Source of the DNA: the human T2T-CHM13v2.0 reference genome, Homo sapiens
Assembly: GCF_009914755.1 (NCBI RefSeq)
Contig: NC_060931.1
Length of the DNA stretch: 64,000 bases
Reading direction: 5' to 3' (one strand)
Shown: positions 33,144-47,419 of the stretch, piece by piece
Layout: every line of letters begins with the position of its first letter
Position numbering within the stretch: the first letter of the stretch is position 1
Position numbers and translations under genes: made by a program
Notes under the pieces: generated by a model
What the model saw: only the letters and a program-made list of their open reading frames with translations
What the model was told of the DNA's origin: nothing
Databases searched by the model: none

Positions 33144-35229
33144 TAGAAGCTAATTCTTAAGAGCTATCCTCCCACATTATTCAGTTATTTTAATTATATT
33201 TTGAACTTCATTTAGCTGGGGCACAAATAGTTGTAGAGTTAGAGTTACAACAGTCATCCTCTTCACACTTGATTAATCTAAAAAGTAGATTGATCTGATG
33301 AGTAAGTTGCATGATTATATAAAGCTCAAAGACCGAAATTTTAACTGTGAGAAAATTAATGAAGTGAGAGGAAAAAGAGATCAAGAACGTATTTTGCTTT
33401 TCGGTTTAAATAGGCCCTCGTCATCCTGCCATTGGTAATGAGTGTTTAATTATGTCGTCATTTCCATGAGTGCTAGGAATTTTTGTTAGGTGCTCATATT
33501 TAAACAGAAAGAAAACTCCTAAACAGTTGAGCTAACTTTGAACAATGTTTATATAAAGATACTCTCCTGTAGACCTTTCCATTCAGGATTCTATATTCAT
33601 TAATTACTCTGAGAAAACTAACCTAAAAACACCCCTCCCCACATTTCAGATATCCTACACACAATATTAAAGATATAGCAACTTCTTAGACTGTTATGCT
33701 GATGAGCCTGAGAATCTCTAAGTACCACAAAATCACAAATAAAAAAAAAACCTCACATTTAGCACTGATATTCATGGTACATATTGCTCTCAAAATACCA
33801 ATGAATTCAAAAGCCAGGACCTTAGTTCCAGGACAAAAGATTCATTTAGACAGGAATTAGAATGCAACGTAACATAAGATATTCTGGAAATAAGTGGGAT
33901 ATATACTATACATGACTTTGGACAAAAATGCACAATCTTTTTAGACATAAGCCATTTCTGGCTTATAATACTAATAAGATATATAATTATCGAAAGTTTC
34001 TTTAACAACAAGATACTTCCAATAGCTGGTGTTGTATCTTATAAATCCTTGACTTAACAAAACTCAGTTTTACATCTCTGCTAACATATCAAGGAAAAAT
34101 CACAAATTCAATAAATTCTCAAATGCTCATTAGTGTAGTAGATATGAAGCATATAAAGATGATTAATTATGATTGCTGCCTTCCAGGAGTTTACCACCTA
34201 GTGAAGAAGATACATCTACCCGTAGCTAAATCACAAGATAAAATAAGAAAGTAAATAATTACAAAGTATTATGCAAAGTTAAAGGGCAATAGATCACTAG
34301 AAATTTACAACCTAGTACAGAATATAAGTCTTTACAGCTTTAAATCAAGGTAAAATGTGAATGTAACATTGTGATTTAAGAGTATTATTACAGTGTAGGA
34401 AATGCCAAATCACTTCAGGCTGGAAGGGAAGAGGAGCCCTCCTGGAGTACATGGTGTGTTAGTTGAACACTGATGCACGGATACGACTGTTACAAAACAT
34501 GCTGGCACATGCTGCTGAAACCATCTAAGAATGAGTACAGCCTAGGATCTACCATCACTGATTATTTCGAATGGCTGCACAATTGTAATGGACTATGGGT
34601 GGGGCTAATGTGTACCAGATCAGCCATGAGAAAGGGCCTGAGGAAAGTCAGAGGGGAGAAAGCGCGTGGCAAATTTAGGACAGTGAGCAGTTCTGCTTGA
34701 CCAGAATACAAGGGAAGAAATTGGGCATGCCTAAAAAGATAACCCTGCATCTCAAGGTAGTTAATTGAGATTTCATCCAGGAGACAAAGGAGAATCTCCC
34801 TGCCTCTCCCCAGTCGCTACAAATGCACACACATATGTATACCTCACATGCTCTATGGTCCTAATCTTTTACAGCCCATTAGGATCCTCAGAATATTTTT
34901 TAATACCTTCACTCTGATATAACTGTCCTTGCTCCATGTCTTCCTTTGTTACAGAATCTATCACACTGAACTAGAATTTTCTCTTTATGTCATATAATCT
35001 GTCATACTGAATGGCACCAGGGAGCTTATGTTTACTGAGCTTGCATCCACTTAACAAGTAACTACAGAAAAATTAATCATATGTCCTACTGTCCCACAGG
35101 TCAGAACCAATAGATATTAACAGATACACTGCAATTCACGATAAGAAAAAATATTTAGGGCTTGTTTATCAAAACAAAACCTGATAAATGAAGAGAGGCT
35201 ACTTTCATAGTTGAAACAGAGACAGACGT

Positions 35230-36440
35230 TTATGAAAGATGGAATGGCCTTGAGGACATTATGCTACATAAAATAAGCCAGTCACAGACAGACAAATGCT
35301 GCAAGATTATCTCATCTGAGGTATCTAAAATAGTCAAATTCATAGAATCAAACTGTAGAATGGGGTTGCCAGGGGTGGAGGAGAGTGAGAAATGAGGAGT
35401 TACTAATCAATGAGAATAAATTTTCAGTTAAGCAAGATGAGTAAGTTCTGGAGATCTAATGTATAACACTGTATCTGTAGTCAACAATATGTATTATACA
35501 CGAAAATTTGTTAAGAGGTAGATCTCATGTTAAGTTTTGTTACCACAATTTTAAAACAATTTTAATAAAGATGGTGTGCAAGCATTTCACACATCTAGTA
35601 TAGAACTGGACCTAAGCTCACAGCTGTTTTTTTAATTAATAAAAGTAACAAATAAGAATTGTGTTACAAGCTATTATATATCAAGTCATGAAATACCAAT
35701 GGTCAATAAATACATGAAAAGATGCTCAACATCCTTAGTTATCAGAAAAATTTAAATTAAAATCACAAATTCCATTCACAAACACTAAATGGCTAAAATC
35801 AAAAAGATAAAAAAGAACAAATATTGGTGAGGATATGGAGCAATACAGACATTACTCATGGAAATATAAAATGGTATAACAACTTTGGAAAAGTGAAATG
35901 CCAATTTCTAGAAAGTTAAATATATATTTACCCTGTTACCCAGAAACTTCATTCTTTGTACCTGCTTCCCCAAATTAAAACATGTTCACAGAAACCCTTG
36001 TATAAGAAGTGGCATTTACACATAATAGCCAAAAACTGGAAACAACCAAATGTACATCTGGTGAATAAACAAATGTAATTGTGGTATATTCATACAATAA
36101 AATACTACTGAGCAATAAAAAAGAACTACCAATACATAAATGAATTGCAAAAACATGTGAGCAAAAGAAAAAAGACACAAAAGAATACATACTATATGAT
36201 TTATTTTGCTCGAAATTCAGTAATAGATTTTTTTAAGTTCTATAGTAACGGAAATCAGAAAGTAGTTGACTGGGGGTAAAAAACTAGATTATCAATCATG
36301 AGGGAATTTTCTGGGGCTAGAGAAATGTTCTCTCTCGTTTTGGATGGTAGATAAGAGGCTGTAAATAAATGTCTAACAAAACCCATGTAATTAAACATCT
36401 ATGATATGCATTTTATTGTACATTAACTATGCCTAAAAAT
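35230..36440 (+). mobile_element. Two old L1M 3' fragments (about 35230-35560 and 35690-36440)
   Basis: TTGAGGACATTATGC...AAGCCAGTCACAGAC and AAAAGATGCTCAACATCCTTAGTTATCAG motifs. Confidence 0.7.
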
Positions 36441-37852
36441 TACATATATATAATTTATATATGTGATTTATATAATACACATGATTTATATTTATATATA
36501 TGTGTGTATACATATATATAACCTTTATATATGTATACAAAGGTAACTTTTTAAAAAGAACATAGGATCTAACTTAAAGAAGTTTATATTGGCCAAAGAT
36601 GAGACAATTTGAACACTGAAAACAATGATATCTGCATATCTGTAATAAAATGAAACCTATCTAATATGTATAAGCCAAGAGTTTGGGAGCACTAATTCAG
36701 TACTCTGAAAGCAGGTAACAGAAGAACATTAATCACCTCTACTTCATAAACTATGCTTCCATTGTCTAATCTTGGACTTTCTGGGCTGCAGGATAAATGG
36801 GCACTATGTTTCTACTTGCTGATTATGGCCAAATCCAATACCCTTTTCTGAGTCTTCTTTTTACTACACACATCTCCCCATGGGTCCCAACAGCCTCACC
36901 TGCCACACTTTAACCTTCCCTTTCCCTCTGGGTCCATGAAAGAGTAAAGGGGCCAGCAGGCCCAGGCAGGGGCCTGGAGCACACCTGGGTCCTCTTCAGG
37001 CTCTCCTAGGGCCCTAGCTCCATGAGGGACAGAGATGGACCTCAATGTCCAGCAGTATCCAGAAGCAGAGTGACACGGGGCCTGGGGCCTCACGCCCTGC
37101 CACTCCTCAGCCTGAGCAGAGGAGAGAAGGTCCCATGACTGATTTTTCCTTCAGCTCTACTCCTCTGTAAACTTTGTTCCTCTGCTACTGTCTATATGTC
37201 TTCCTTCCTTCCATTCAAAATTACAAATATTTTGTCTTCAACTGAAGATGATTCTTTAAAAATTCATGTTTTATCACATAATTATGAGGCATTGCATTGT
37301 ACATATGGATGTTAAGTAAATAAATAAGAACAGGGCAAGTAGTGGTCCACAAAATACATACTGGCTTTTTAAAACTCATGCATATTTTTTCCTTTTTTAT
37401 TGTGATGCCTTTCTATTAGAAATACAATTAAGAGGAATTATGCTTAGTCACCTGAATCCAACTAGTTTGACTGGTTAGGGTTTGTATTTAGAGGTTGATT
37501 CAAGGACTTAATTCCCACATGAGACAGTTAGTTTCACTCATCTTCCTATTAGAGATTCTACCCTCACCCAGGCCAGCGATGTCCCCGGGCATCAGAGTAG
37601 GAATCATTGCAAACACATAATTACAATTACAAAATCAATGAAAAGTACAATGTTTTATTGAACATCTTCATACATGAACAAACAGTTGTTAAATTATATA
37701 AATTTTCTTGGAAGACTTCTATAAGATTACTTATAAATGTGTTGAGAAACATCACACGTGGTTATTTTGAAATTTGGGCAAAAAATAATGGTACTCACCC
37801 CCTAAATCTGGTAATCTGTTTTGCTTTCAAATATGAATAAAAGTGTTCTGTT

Positions 37853-38143
37853 TGAAATCATCTGCTTTGTAGCAACATGGATGCAGCTGGAAGCCATTAT
37901 CCTAAGTGAATTAATGCAGTAACAGGCATCCAAATACTGCATGTTCTCACTTATAAGTGGGAGCTAAACACTGAGTACTCATGTACATAATGATGGCAAC
38001 AATAGACACTGGTAACTATGAGAATGGGGAGGGAGGGGGTTAGGGGTTGAAAAAGTAACTACTGGATATTACACTCACTACCTGGGTAACGGGATCATTC
38101 ATATCCCAAACTTCAGCATCACACAATATACACATGTAACAAA

Positions 38144-38203
<60 letters not shown>

Positions 38204-38236
38204 CTGAATCTAAAATAAAAGTTGAAATCATTTTTT
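37853..38236 (+). mobile_element. 5'-truncated L1PB/L1MA 3' end
   Basis: GCAACATGGATGCAGCTGGAAGCC...TCTAAAATAAAAGTTGAAA. TSD AAAGTG(T/C)TCTGTT. Confidence 0.85.
38149..38200. repeat. (AT)26 microsatellite
   Basis: 52 bp of uninterrupted AT inside the L1 3' UTR. Confidence 0.97.
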
Positions 38237-39648
38237 AAAGTGCTCTGTTATCTTTATTAGTGTCCACTCCAATTCAGTAAAAATAATCAATATGAGAGTC
38301 TATATTTCTTCACAAGCATTATCGACAGATCTTATGATCAAAGATCACTTGGAAGGCACAGTGTTGAGATCCTTTCACAGTTGTGGTTACAATTACGTTC
38401 ACAAGCTACACCTGCCATGAGAGAATACTTGGCACCAGATTATTTGCCAGCAAGCAGGCTACAGGCCCAATACATAAGCTTGGCCTCATGGGCATTACGC
38501 TCTTATCTGAAGTAACTGGCCTAGACCCTTTTTTTACAACACATACTTGAGCGCTTTTTCACACATTGTCCATGTCAGGTCTTGGAGGATACTGTCAGAG
38601 GAATCTGTAAAGTTACAAAATGAAGGAGCAAAAAATGTTAAGAATTTAAACTGTCTTCTTGGCTGTCACTCTTGCTATACTTTTTGATAATGCATCTAGT
38701 CCCCAGATATTAGCATTAGCACGTCCAGTCTCGAAGGAAACATGCCTTCCTCCTATAAGAAACCGGCTGCTTTCAAAAAGCAGCTCCAGTGTTAGAATTT
38801 TTGATCCCATAAAGAAAAATATATTATTTCAAAATACATATATTTAATTTGTACCTAGAGTGTGTTACATCATAATGTTTTTATTTTTTGCACCAAGAAG
38901 GTAATTTCTTAAACTATAAACATTTCAATATAATAACACATATGATAGAGATGAAACTATGTTTCATAGTTAGTCTACTTATATGTTCACTATAAATTCT
39001 TGTGTTTGCCAAGGTGTTTGGACTACAAACATGTTCACAATGAGCTAGGTTTAAAATCTACTTCCATCAAACATATTGTCGTATCTAAAAATACCTTACC
39101 GCATACAGATAAGACAAATCAGACAGCAGGGATAGTAAATCTTAAGGAAACTCTTTATCTCTTAACATATAAGTGTATGCATAACTGAGAAATAATTAAG
39201 TTAAATTATACTGGGCTTTACTCAACACTAATATAAAATCTCATATTTTCTATGAGGGAATATACATCTACTTTATATAAAATCAGTTTTCATTCATTTA
39301 CACTGTTTGAATAACATCTCAAATTGCAATTTGAAGTTTTATTTAAGCTGACTTTCACAGTTCTCACAAGTATCAAGATCTGATAATGCTACTTAATGTG
39401 GCTTTGAAGTAGCAGAATGAAGGTTTTTAAAATAAGAATAGATGGGCCTCATTCTACTAAGAGATACCATTCAAAGCAAGAAATAATACAACATGGTTAA
39501 GCAGCTCAGGTTACTCTTCCCTCACTGAGGAGATTTTCTATAAAAGAGTCTGAAGGAGAATTAACAATGTCTACTTACAAGAAGAAAATAAAACAACAGA
39601 AGAGCAGAAATTCATGGTACTATGCACATTGACTAAAAGAAAGCATAC

Positions 39649-39718
39649 CTTTCTCTCTCTCCTTCGGTGATATCATATAAGCGGTTGGCACCTCCATCGG
39701 CACAGGCTCTTAAAAGAG
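39649..39718 (-). CDS. TPK1: TPK1 internal coding exon (exon 4 by recall), 70 nt
   Basis: Minus strand reads ttctatttgaAG|CTCTTTTAAGAGCCTGTGCCGATGGAGGTGCCAACCGC...GAGAGAAAG|GTatgc, encoding (A)[22 protein letters not shown](S), which contains the TPK ADGG motif. Canonical AG/GT. Its 3' phase (2) matches the 5' phase of the 5562-5634 exon. Confidence 0.97.
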
Positions 39719-39834
39719 CTTCAAATAGAAAGAACAAAATCATTTCAATACAGGAGGCACAGAGCAATATCTTTCAAATGATGATCACTAAAAAGCAGGC
39801 ACTCAGACGCACAGAGTCACGCTAACCTCTGTGA

Positions 39835-40239
<405 letters not shown>

Positions 40240-40362
40240 TGATTAAATAAAGGAGAAGACTGTAGACGGTGCTAGCATGTCTTCAATGTTTCTTGAAATT
40301 TTTTTTTCCTTTTTATAACAGAAGATAGGCCTCAGGCTCTATGACAGGCAACAGAAAATGGT

Positions 40363-40652
40363 TTGTTGTTTTTGCAGTTTGAGACAGGGTCTTGCGCTGT
40401 CACCCAGGCGTGAGTCCAATGGCTCGATCACAGCCCACTGCAGCCTCAACCTCCTGGACTCAGGTGATCCTCCCACCTCAGTCTCCCAGGTAGCTGGGGC
40501 TACAGACACACACCACCGCATCCTGCTAATTTTTATATTTTTTGTAGAGATAGGGTTTGCTCAGGCTGGTTCCAAACTCCTGGGCTCAAGTGATCCACCC
40601 ACCTTGGACTCCCAAAGTGTTGGGATTACAGGCGTGAGCCTCTGCACCCGGC
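40363..40652 (-). mobile_element. AluJ
   Basis: GAGACAGGGTCTTG, CAGCCTCAACCTCC and CTGGGCTCAAG diagnostics. Confidence 0.88.
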
Positions 40653-41938
40653 AGGATATGGTTTTCATTGTGTTCCCTCCTTTTAATAATTTTTACATAT
40701 CCTTTTGATTTACAATATGTAGTATGGGTTTCAATTTTTATTTTGATTAAAACATTTCCTCTTAAAAATAAATGTTTATTTTAAAATATAAGTAAATAAT
40801 AATCTAGATAATATGAGCATAATGTAAAAATTGTGAAGGTGGTACAAAATTAACTGAAACTTGGAAATGCTAAGGTAATCAAATAAATCCTGCTGTCTCT
40901 CCAACTTGGGCCTTGGCCTCCTCCTTTCGCATGATTTCTCCCTGCTACTGCTCTCGGATTTGATGCTGCTTATCAACTGCTCCCTGAAGTTTTTGCAGTC
41001 CATGGAAAGCTATTTTTATTGCTGGTGCTACCTTTCTGAGTTTTGTTCTTCATAGAAATATTTAGTATCTTAGCATCAGCTCAGAATGAACATTGTTAGG
41101 CATCAAACTAGCAGGTTCTTTGCTAGAGGCCTAAGATAATGTGACAGGGTCTCCACTTTAAGCATCTTCTAACCAGTGCAAATAAGCCAGAAGCCGATTT
41201 ATTAAAGTCCACTCTCAGAATTGACAAACAAAGTGAGAAACTACTTTTCTTTGAAATTAAAATTAATGGCACAGGTAAGCGGAATTGAGGGAAAGAAAAC
41301 AAACAGCCACTTTCCCTTATGTATTCCTCAGGTATTTGAAATACAAAATAGTTCAGATGAGTACAGCCTCTAGAAAAAGATCAGTGACACATGATTTGTT
41401 TTAGAAACTGTAAAATAATAGATGCTAGAAAATGACCACTTAAACAAATAAAAATCCACAATTTCCATTGTGGGAATTTCCCCTGAATTTAATCCACCCA
41501 CGAGGGCAAGATGTCGTATGAAAGTATTTGAAATAGGATGGAATGGTCTGAAATCTCAGCAGGGGACCTAACCACCTCCTGACATTTCACACCTGCATAC
41601 CCCACCCAGCTTTAATGTACATTTAATGAGCCTCTCTTGGTGGTAAAGACACTCCTCTTCCGTGTGGCTGCAAATGTAATGACTTCAGCTTCATTCTGGA
41701 ATAATAGATTAGCTGAGTATAAATAATACTGTAAATTGGTAGTAAATTTGACGGTATTAGTACATTGGCTTCTGATTGCCATTGGTACACTGATACTTTC
41801 AGAAAGCCGCTGTCAGTCCAATATTCTTGTGTATCTAACCTGTTTTCTCTTTTTGGCAAATTTTAAGACTTTCCCTTTGTCTTTAGTTTTCCGAATTTCA
41901 CCATCGTGTAGCTTATTTGGAATTAACTGTGCTTCCAA

Positions 41939-42243
41939 GGTTGGGCGTGGAGGCCTTAGGAATGTAATCCCAGCACTTTGAGAGGCAAAGGCGGGAGGAC
42001 TGCTTGAGCTGAGAAATTCAAGACCGGCCTGGGCAACATGGCACGACCCTGTCTCTACAAGAAATTTTTAAAAATTAGCTGAGCATGGTGGCACTCACCT
42101 GTAGTCCCAGCTACTTAGGAGGCTGAGCTGGAGGATCGCTTGAGCCTGGGGAGGTCCAGGCTGCAGTAAGCCAAGATGGCACCACTGCACTCCAGCCTAG
42201 GCGACAGAGCCAGACCCTGTCTGAAAAACAACAACAACAAAAT
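41939..42243 (+). mobile_element. AluJ within an old minus-strand L1M ORF1-like fragment (about 41680-42620)
   Basis: Alu dimer with (CAA)n tail. TSD TGTGCTTCC. Confidence 0.85.
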
Positions 42244-45200
42244 GTGCTTCCTAAATCTGAGGACCCATGACTTTCTTCAGTTCTGGATAATTCTTAGCCA
42301 CTTTTAATTCCATTATTTCCTACCTTCCATTCTCTCTACGCATCAATTTTCTGACTCTCCATTTAAACGTATTTTTAGACAGTCTCATTCTGCCCTTCAC
42401 ATTTCTTAAACTGTGTCGCTTCTATCACCTTTTCTTTCTGTGTATGCATGTAATTTCTTCAAACCTCTCTTGCAATTATGTCTAGTCACCTGTTTAAAAC
42501 ATTAAAGTTTATAGTCTTACTGATTCTTTTTAAAGAAGTTCTATTTGATTCTTTTTTCAATTCAAGGTCTTTTCTGATAATCTGTTGCTAATATTTTCTA
42601 TACCTTCTTTTATCTTTTTTTTTTTAAAATCCTTTTCCTATGGATGGGATATTTAAAGAATATCTACCTGACTATATTGTCAGAAATAAAAGTTCCAATG
42701 TATTTTCCACTTATCCATGATATGTAAGACTATTTTCTGTGTTCTATGGTACATGAGAAATAAAGCAGAGGCGAAGTGGAAAAAAAAATATTCATTTTCT
42801 CTGTAGCTTACTCACCAGTAAATAAGCATATTACTTATGGAATAAGGTTATTAAGTAATTACTTAATGATTATATATAGTGCTCATTACGATACAAGAAT
42901 ACAATAAGCATTCAATAAACATTGAGTCCTCTTTTTCCATTTTTGTCAGAATGAAAAAAAAATCTGAAAAGATTGTGTTTCTGGAAAAGAAAAGCCTTAT
43001 CTACTTAGAAAATAAAAAACAAAAATAAGAGTTTTTATAAAGACATCTAAAAGGGATGTCTCATTTTACAAATTACCAACACACATTTCCTAGTAAGGAG
43101 TGACACTCAAATTCAAATTATGTCACAAATATAACTTGCAGAAGATCACAGAAGATATCGCACATTTCCTAAGTATCAAAACCATCAAAAGCTAAAAAAC
43201 AGAGATCATTTCACATATAAAATATAGCACAAAACAAGTGATTAGGGAGATAGAAAGGACTCGTTAATAGAAACAGATGGTAAACTATCGGTAATTATCT
43301 TTAGAGAATATAAAACAATTCTCTGTAAACAAAACTAACAAGTGTATGGAATATTTTTATGTAATAACCGATTCACTAAAGTAATATGAAAATCTCAGAA
43401 ATAGTAGTTTTTAATGGTCAAGGATTATCAAACAGAATGACTTGCCAATTTTTCACATTACACCATTTTGCAAAGATCGGTTGAATTCAACGTGTATTCC
43501 TATTATGTGCTAGGCTTACATAAGATAAAAAGATGAACAATAAACAGATCTAGTTCTCTGGGTTCATATTATAGTGAAAAACATGAAAACAGAAGCAAAT
43601 ACATGCAATGCACTGTAGACTGTGGTGAGGGCTGTAAAGAAGTCACCAAAATGCAAGAGGAAGACAAGGAAAGAAGAAATGAATTTCAGTGGGCAAATGT
43701 GTAAAACTGCTAATAATAAATCCAGTTCAGCTAAGATCATTGTTACTTTTACAATAGAAAAAACGCTAATGCCTGTTATTTCCAACATCCACCTTTAAAT
43801 TGATATTTCTTGAGCAGTGTATAAAAAGAGAAACACCTATATCATAGGAAGTAAATTTGTCCACATCTATTCCTGCTTTAAATGGCAAAGGGAGCTAAAA
43901 TAAGCATGATGAAATGTTTAGACTATTTTCTCAGTGCTTGTAGGTTGAGAGTAGGGATTCAATCCATCTGGAAGGAAAAACAAGTTCCAGTCTGTCCCTA
44001 AAACCATTTTGTTTTCAATAAAGCATGACCAAAAAAATGTATTCTACCTCTCCTTCATTTTATTAACAAAGAGGTTTTCACCAGTTTCAAATATTTTCTA
44101 TAAACATAAATAAAACTGCATTTGAAAAATGAAATGTTTCCAACACATTGTAAACAACATTGGCATAAGTTCACACACAGCGACATTTGAAAAATGTGTA
44201 AACCAATATCACTGTTAGAGAAAGTGACCAACTAAAGGAACCAGAAGTAGAGGACATTCTTTAATTTTTGATAAATCGTAATGAATCTACCTAAAAAAAG
44301 TTCACTTTATCATCATTTAAGTTGTCCCAAGCTTTAATGAATAGAAGTTACTGCATGAGTTATCTTTTAATGTAAAAATTCTATTGGCTTATACAGCAAA
44401 ATTTCTGCAGATTTGTCACATACCATAACTTCAATGGTTGAGCAATTACTTACCATGCAACAGGCTGATAAACAAACAGATGAAGACTAAAATATATTAA
44501 AAACCTCTACAGCAACTTTATATTTTAGTAGAACCCGTAAGTAGGTGAAATACATCTTTAACTTTTTTTTTTTTTTTACTTGGCATAAGTTAACATTACT
44601 GACAAATAATGAAGAGCTTCAGGCACAAGCAGAGGTTAGTTCCCTATTTCAAATAGTTCCCTATTTCTTTGGAATAAAGTTGAGTTGAAATAACTTCACT
44701 TTCTGCAAAGTAGATTATAAATTAGTTCCAAATATTAAAGTAGGAGAATAAAACAAAATAGATTCTGCAGTTTCAGTTAACTCAAAGAATACGAGAGACA
44801 GACAGTGCTAGTCTAGATCAGCCACTTAGTCCTATGATGTTGAGCTAATCCTAAGCATTCTGATTTTAGTGCAAAATCAAGATCATTTTGTATATCCTAC
44901 CAAAATCACACACACAAAAATTCAGGGACTAGAGAGAGACAACATAAATAAAAGTAGAAGGAAGGTGCAGGAGGAAACATTATCTCACACGCTGTTGATG
45001 AGACTATAACGTTGAGGGACAGTTTGGCAGATTTATAAAAAATTTAAAGGTGTTTACCTTTTTATCCAGAAATTCTATGTAGCTTGCATAAATACTTGCC
45101 CAAAATTACAAGGAAATATGTACAAGGATATTTGCTGTGACAGTATGTGTAATCATGAAAAACTAATAGCAAACTTATACTGCCCACAGCTGAATACTGA

Positions 45201-47324
45201 TAAAATATACCATGGTCCTATTTTACTACCAACAAAAACGTTAGATCTTATATGTATTAGTATATTATCTGTTATGAGATATATTGTTACTTTTAAAGTT
45301 TGAATAACCTTGGTCAAATCTTCCTTGCAATAGCAATTCATGGAAGGTATAGGAACATACCAAATCCAAGAAAGCATCAGGGAAAGGTCTTTATGTCAAG
45401 GTTGTAGATCAAGTAATCGGCCATCAGCATTAATAAGATGCACCTGCACTGGAAAATGGTCCCTAGTCTGGCACCCCGAAGGAAACAAAGGGATAAAAAC
45501 TAAAGAGACCCCAAAATCAATGGCTTCCCTGGAAAAGCATATCCAAAATGTGGACTTACTGGTACATTTGAAAGCAATTACTGTGAAATGACAGACCTCA
45601 CTAATTTTGTTATCAAGCTTTATTACCTGCCTTGTGCCCTTAAACTTGGCATTGAGTAAAGCCTATCATGTCTTATTAGTTTGTTAATCCAAACACAAGA
45701 CCACTTCTATATTCCATACACCAAACTCATTAACAGGGATTATTTATGAGAAATGGGGTTGGCATAATGAAAAAGACTTTTTAAAAAATTACTTACAATA
45801 ATCACTGTGCTGTTAAAGATATTTTTCTCAGTAATATGAATTATATTGTAATTACAATTTTAAAACCAACAGTAATAATTAAAAGGAAAAATAAGAGTTA
45901 TAGACTTAAGATATAGCAAGAATGATTCCAGATACAATCTCAGGAGAAAGAATTAGATATTTTGCCAGGTTGGTCAGGATTGAGTCACAGGTGTCCACAG
46001 TTAAATTACAGGACAGAGAAGTTCCAGAATCTTATTTAGAAGATGTTTCACTGAGTCCCAGGAGAGCTAAATAATTCTAATTACTTAAATCCTGTTTATT
46101 CCTAACCAAGTTCTTGCCCCTATTACTCCGAAGATTCAATTAAGTCTTATGTTCCTGAAATCAATCTAATCTGTCAATATTCATAGTTTGAGCTAGGGAT
46201 TCTGTCCCAAACCCGAGAAACAACAGTAAACCACTTAATCTCCAACTTCTGGTAAGCCACCTCTAGCACCCATAAGAGTTAGAAAGAAAATATATCCCGT
46301 CTGAATGCACCTCAGAAACAGCCCACTAGCAACTGCACATCAATAAGGAAGTGATAATTATTTGTTAAACATGTGAGTACATACATAACTACACAGGTAT
46401 CAGTTTAAAGTTTACTATCAGGCATGAAGAAGATAAGTGAGTTTTTGTTTTTGTTTTAATTTGTATTGAATTAAGAACACAAGATCAGATCTAATCCCTT
46501 AAATAAGTATATAAAAAACAGTATTGTTAACTATAGATACAATAGCGTACAAAAGATCTCTAGAATTTGTTCATCTGGCATTGACTAAAACTTTACACTC
46601 ATTGAAGAGCAACTCCCCATTTGCCCTTCCCCCAAGCTCCTGGTAACCAGCATTCTACCCTCTGATTATATATGTCTGACTATTTTTGATACTTCATATT
46701 AAGTAGAATCACGCTGTATTTGTCTTTCTGTGACTGGCTCGCTTCGGTTAGCATAATGTTATCTCGGTTCATCTATGTTGTCACATATTATGTTCATTCT
46801 TTTTTAAGGCTGAAAAACATTTCATTATATGTATAGTCTACATTTCTTTATTGATTTATCCATTGACATTTAGGTTGTTTCCATATCTTAGCTATTGTGA
46901 GTGGTGCCACAATGAACATGGGAGTGCTAATACCTGTTTGGGATCCTGATTTCCATTCTTTTGGATTAAACACCCAGAAGTGGGATTTCAGGACTTTATG
47001 GTAATTTTATTGTTAATTTTCACCATACAGTTTTCAACAGTGTAAACCAACCGAGTGCACATGTTTTTCACTCCTACCAAGTGTCCAAGTGTTCCAATTT
47101 CTCCATATCCTCAACAATACATGCTGTCTTTTGTTTTTTGATAATAGTCATCCTAACAGGTGTGAGTCAATACCTCACTGTGGTTTTGATTTGTATTTCC
47201 CTGATGATTAGTGAATTGAACATCTTTTCATGTACCTGTTGGCCATTTGTGTGTCTTCTTTAGAGAAATGTCTATTCAAGTCCTTTAACCATTTTGAAGA
47301 GAGTAGATTTTAGATGTGCTTACC

Positions 47325-47355
<31 letters not shown>

Positions 47356-47419
47356 GATGATGAGTATGTTAAACTGCTTACCTCTAATCATTATGTATAT
47401 CAAAACATCATGTTGTACC

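Noticed and set aside
38765-38783. Hairpin GCTGCTTT-CAA-AAAGCAGC, like a terminator or riboswitch stem in a thiamine gene
   Set aside because: An 8-bp stem is expected by chance. I saw no TPP-aptamer consensus arrangement, and TPP riboswitches are not known in mammals. An Infernal search with the Rfam TPP model would settle it.
44637-44667. Short direct duplications (TAGTTCCCTATTTC x2; also about 54181 and 63372)
   Set aside because: Ordinary slippage micro-duplications.
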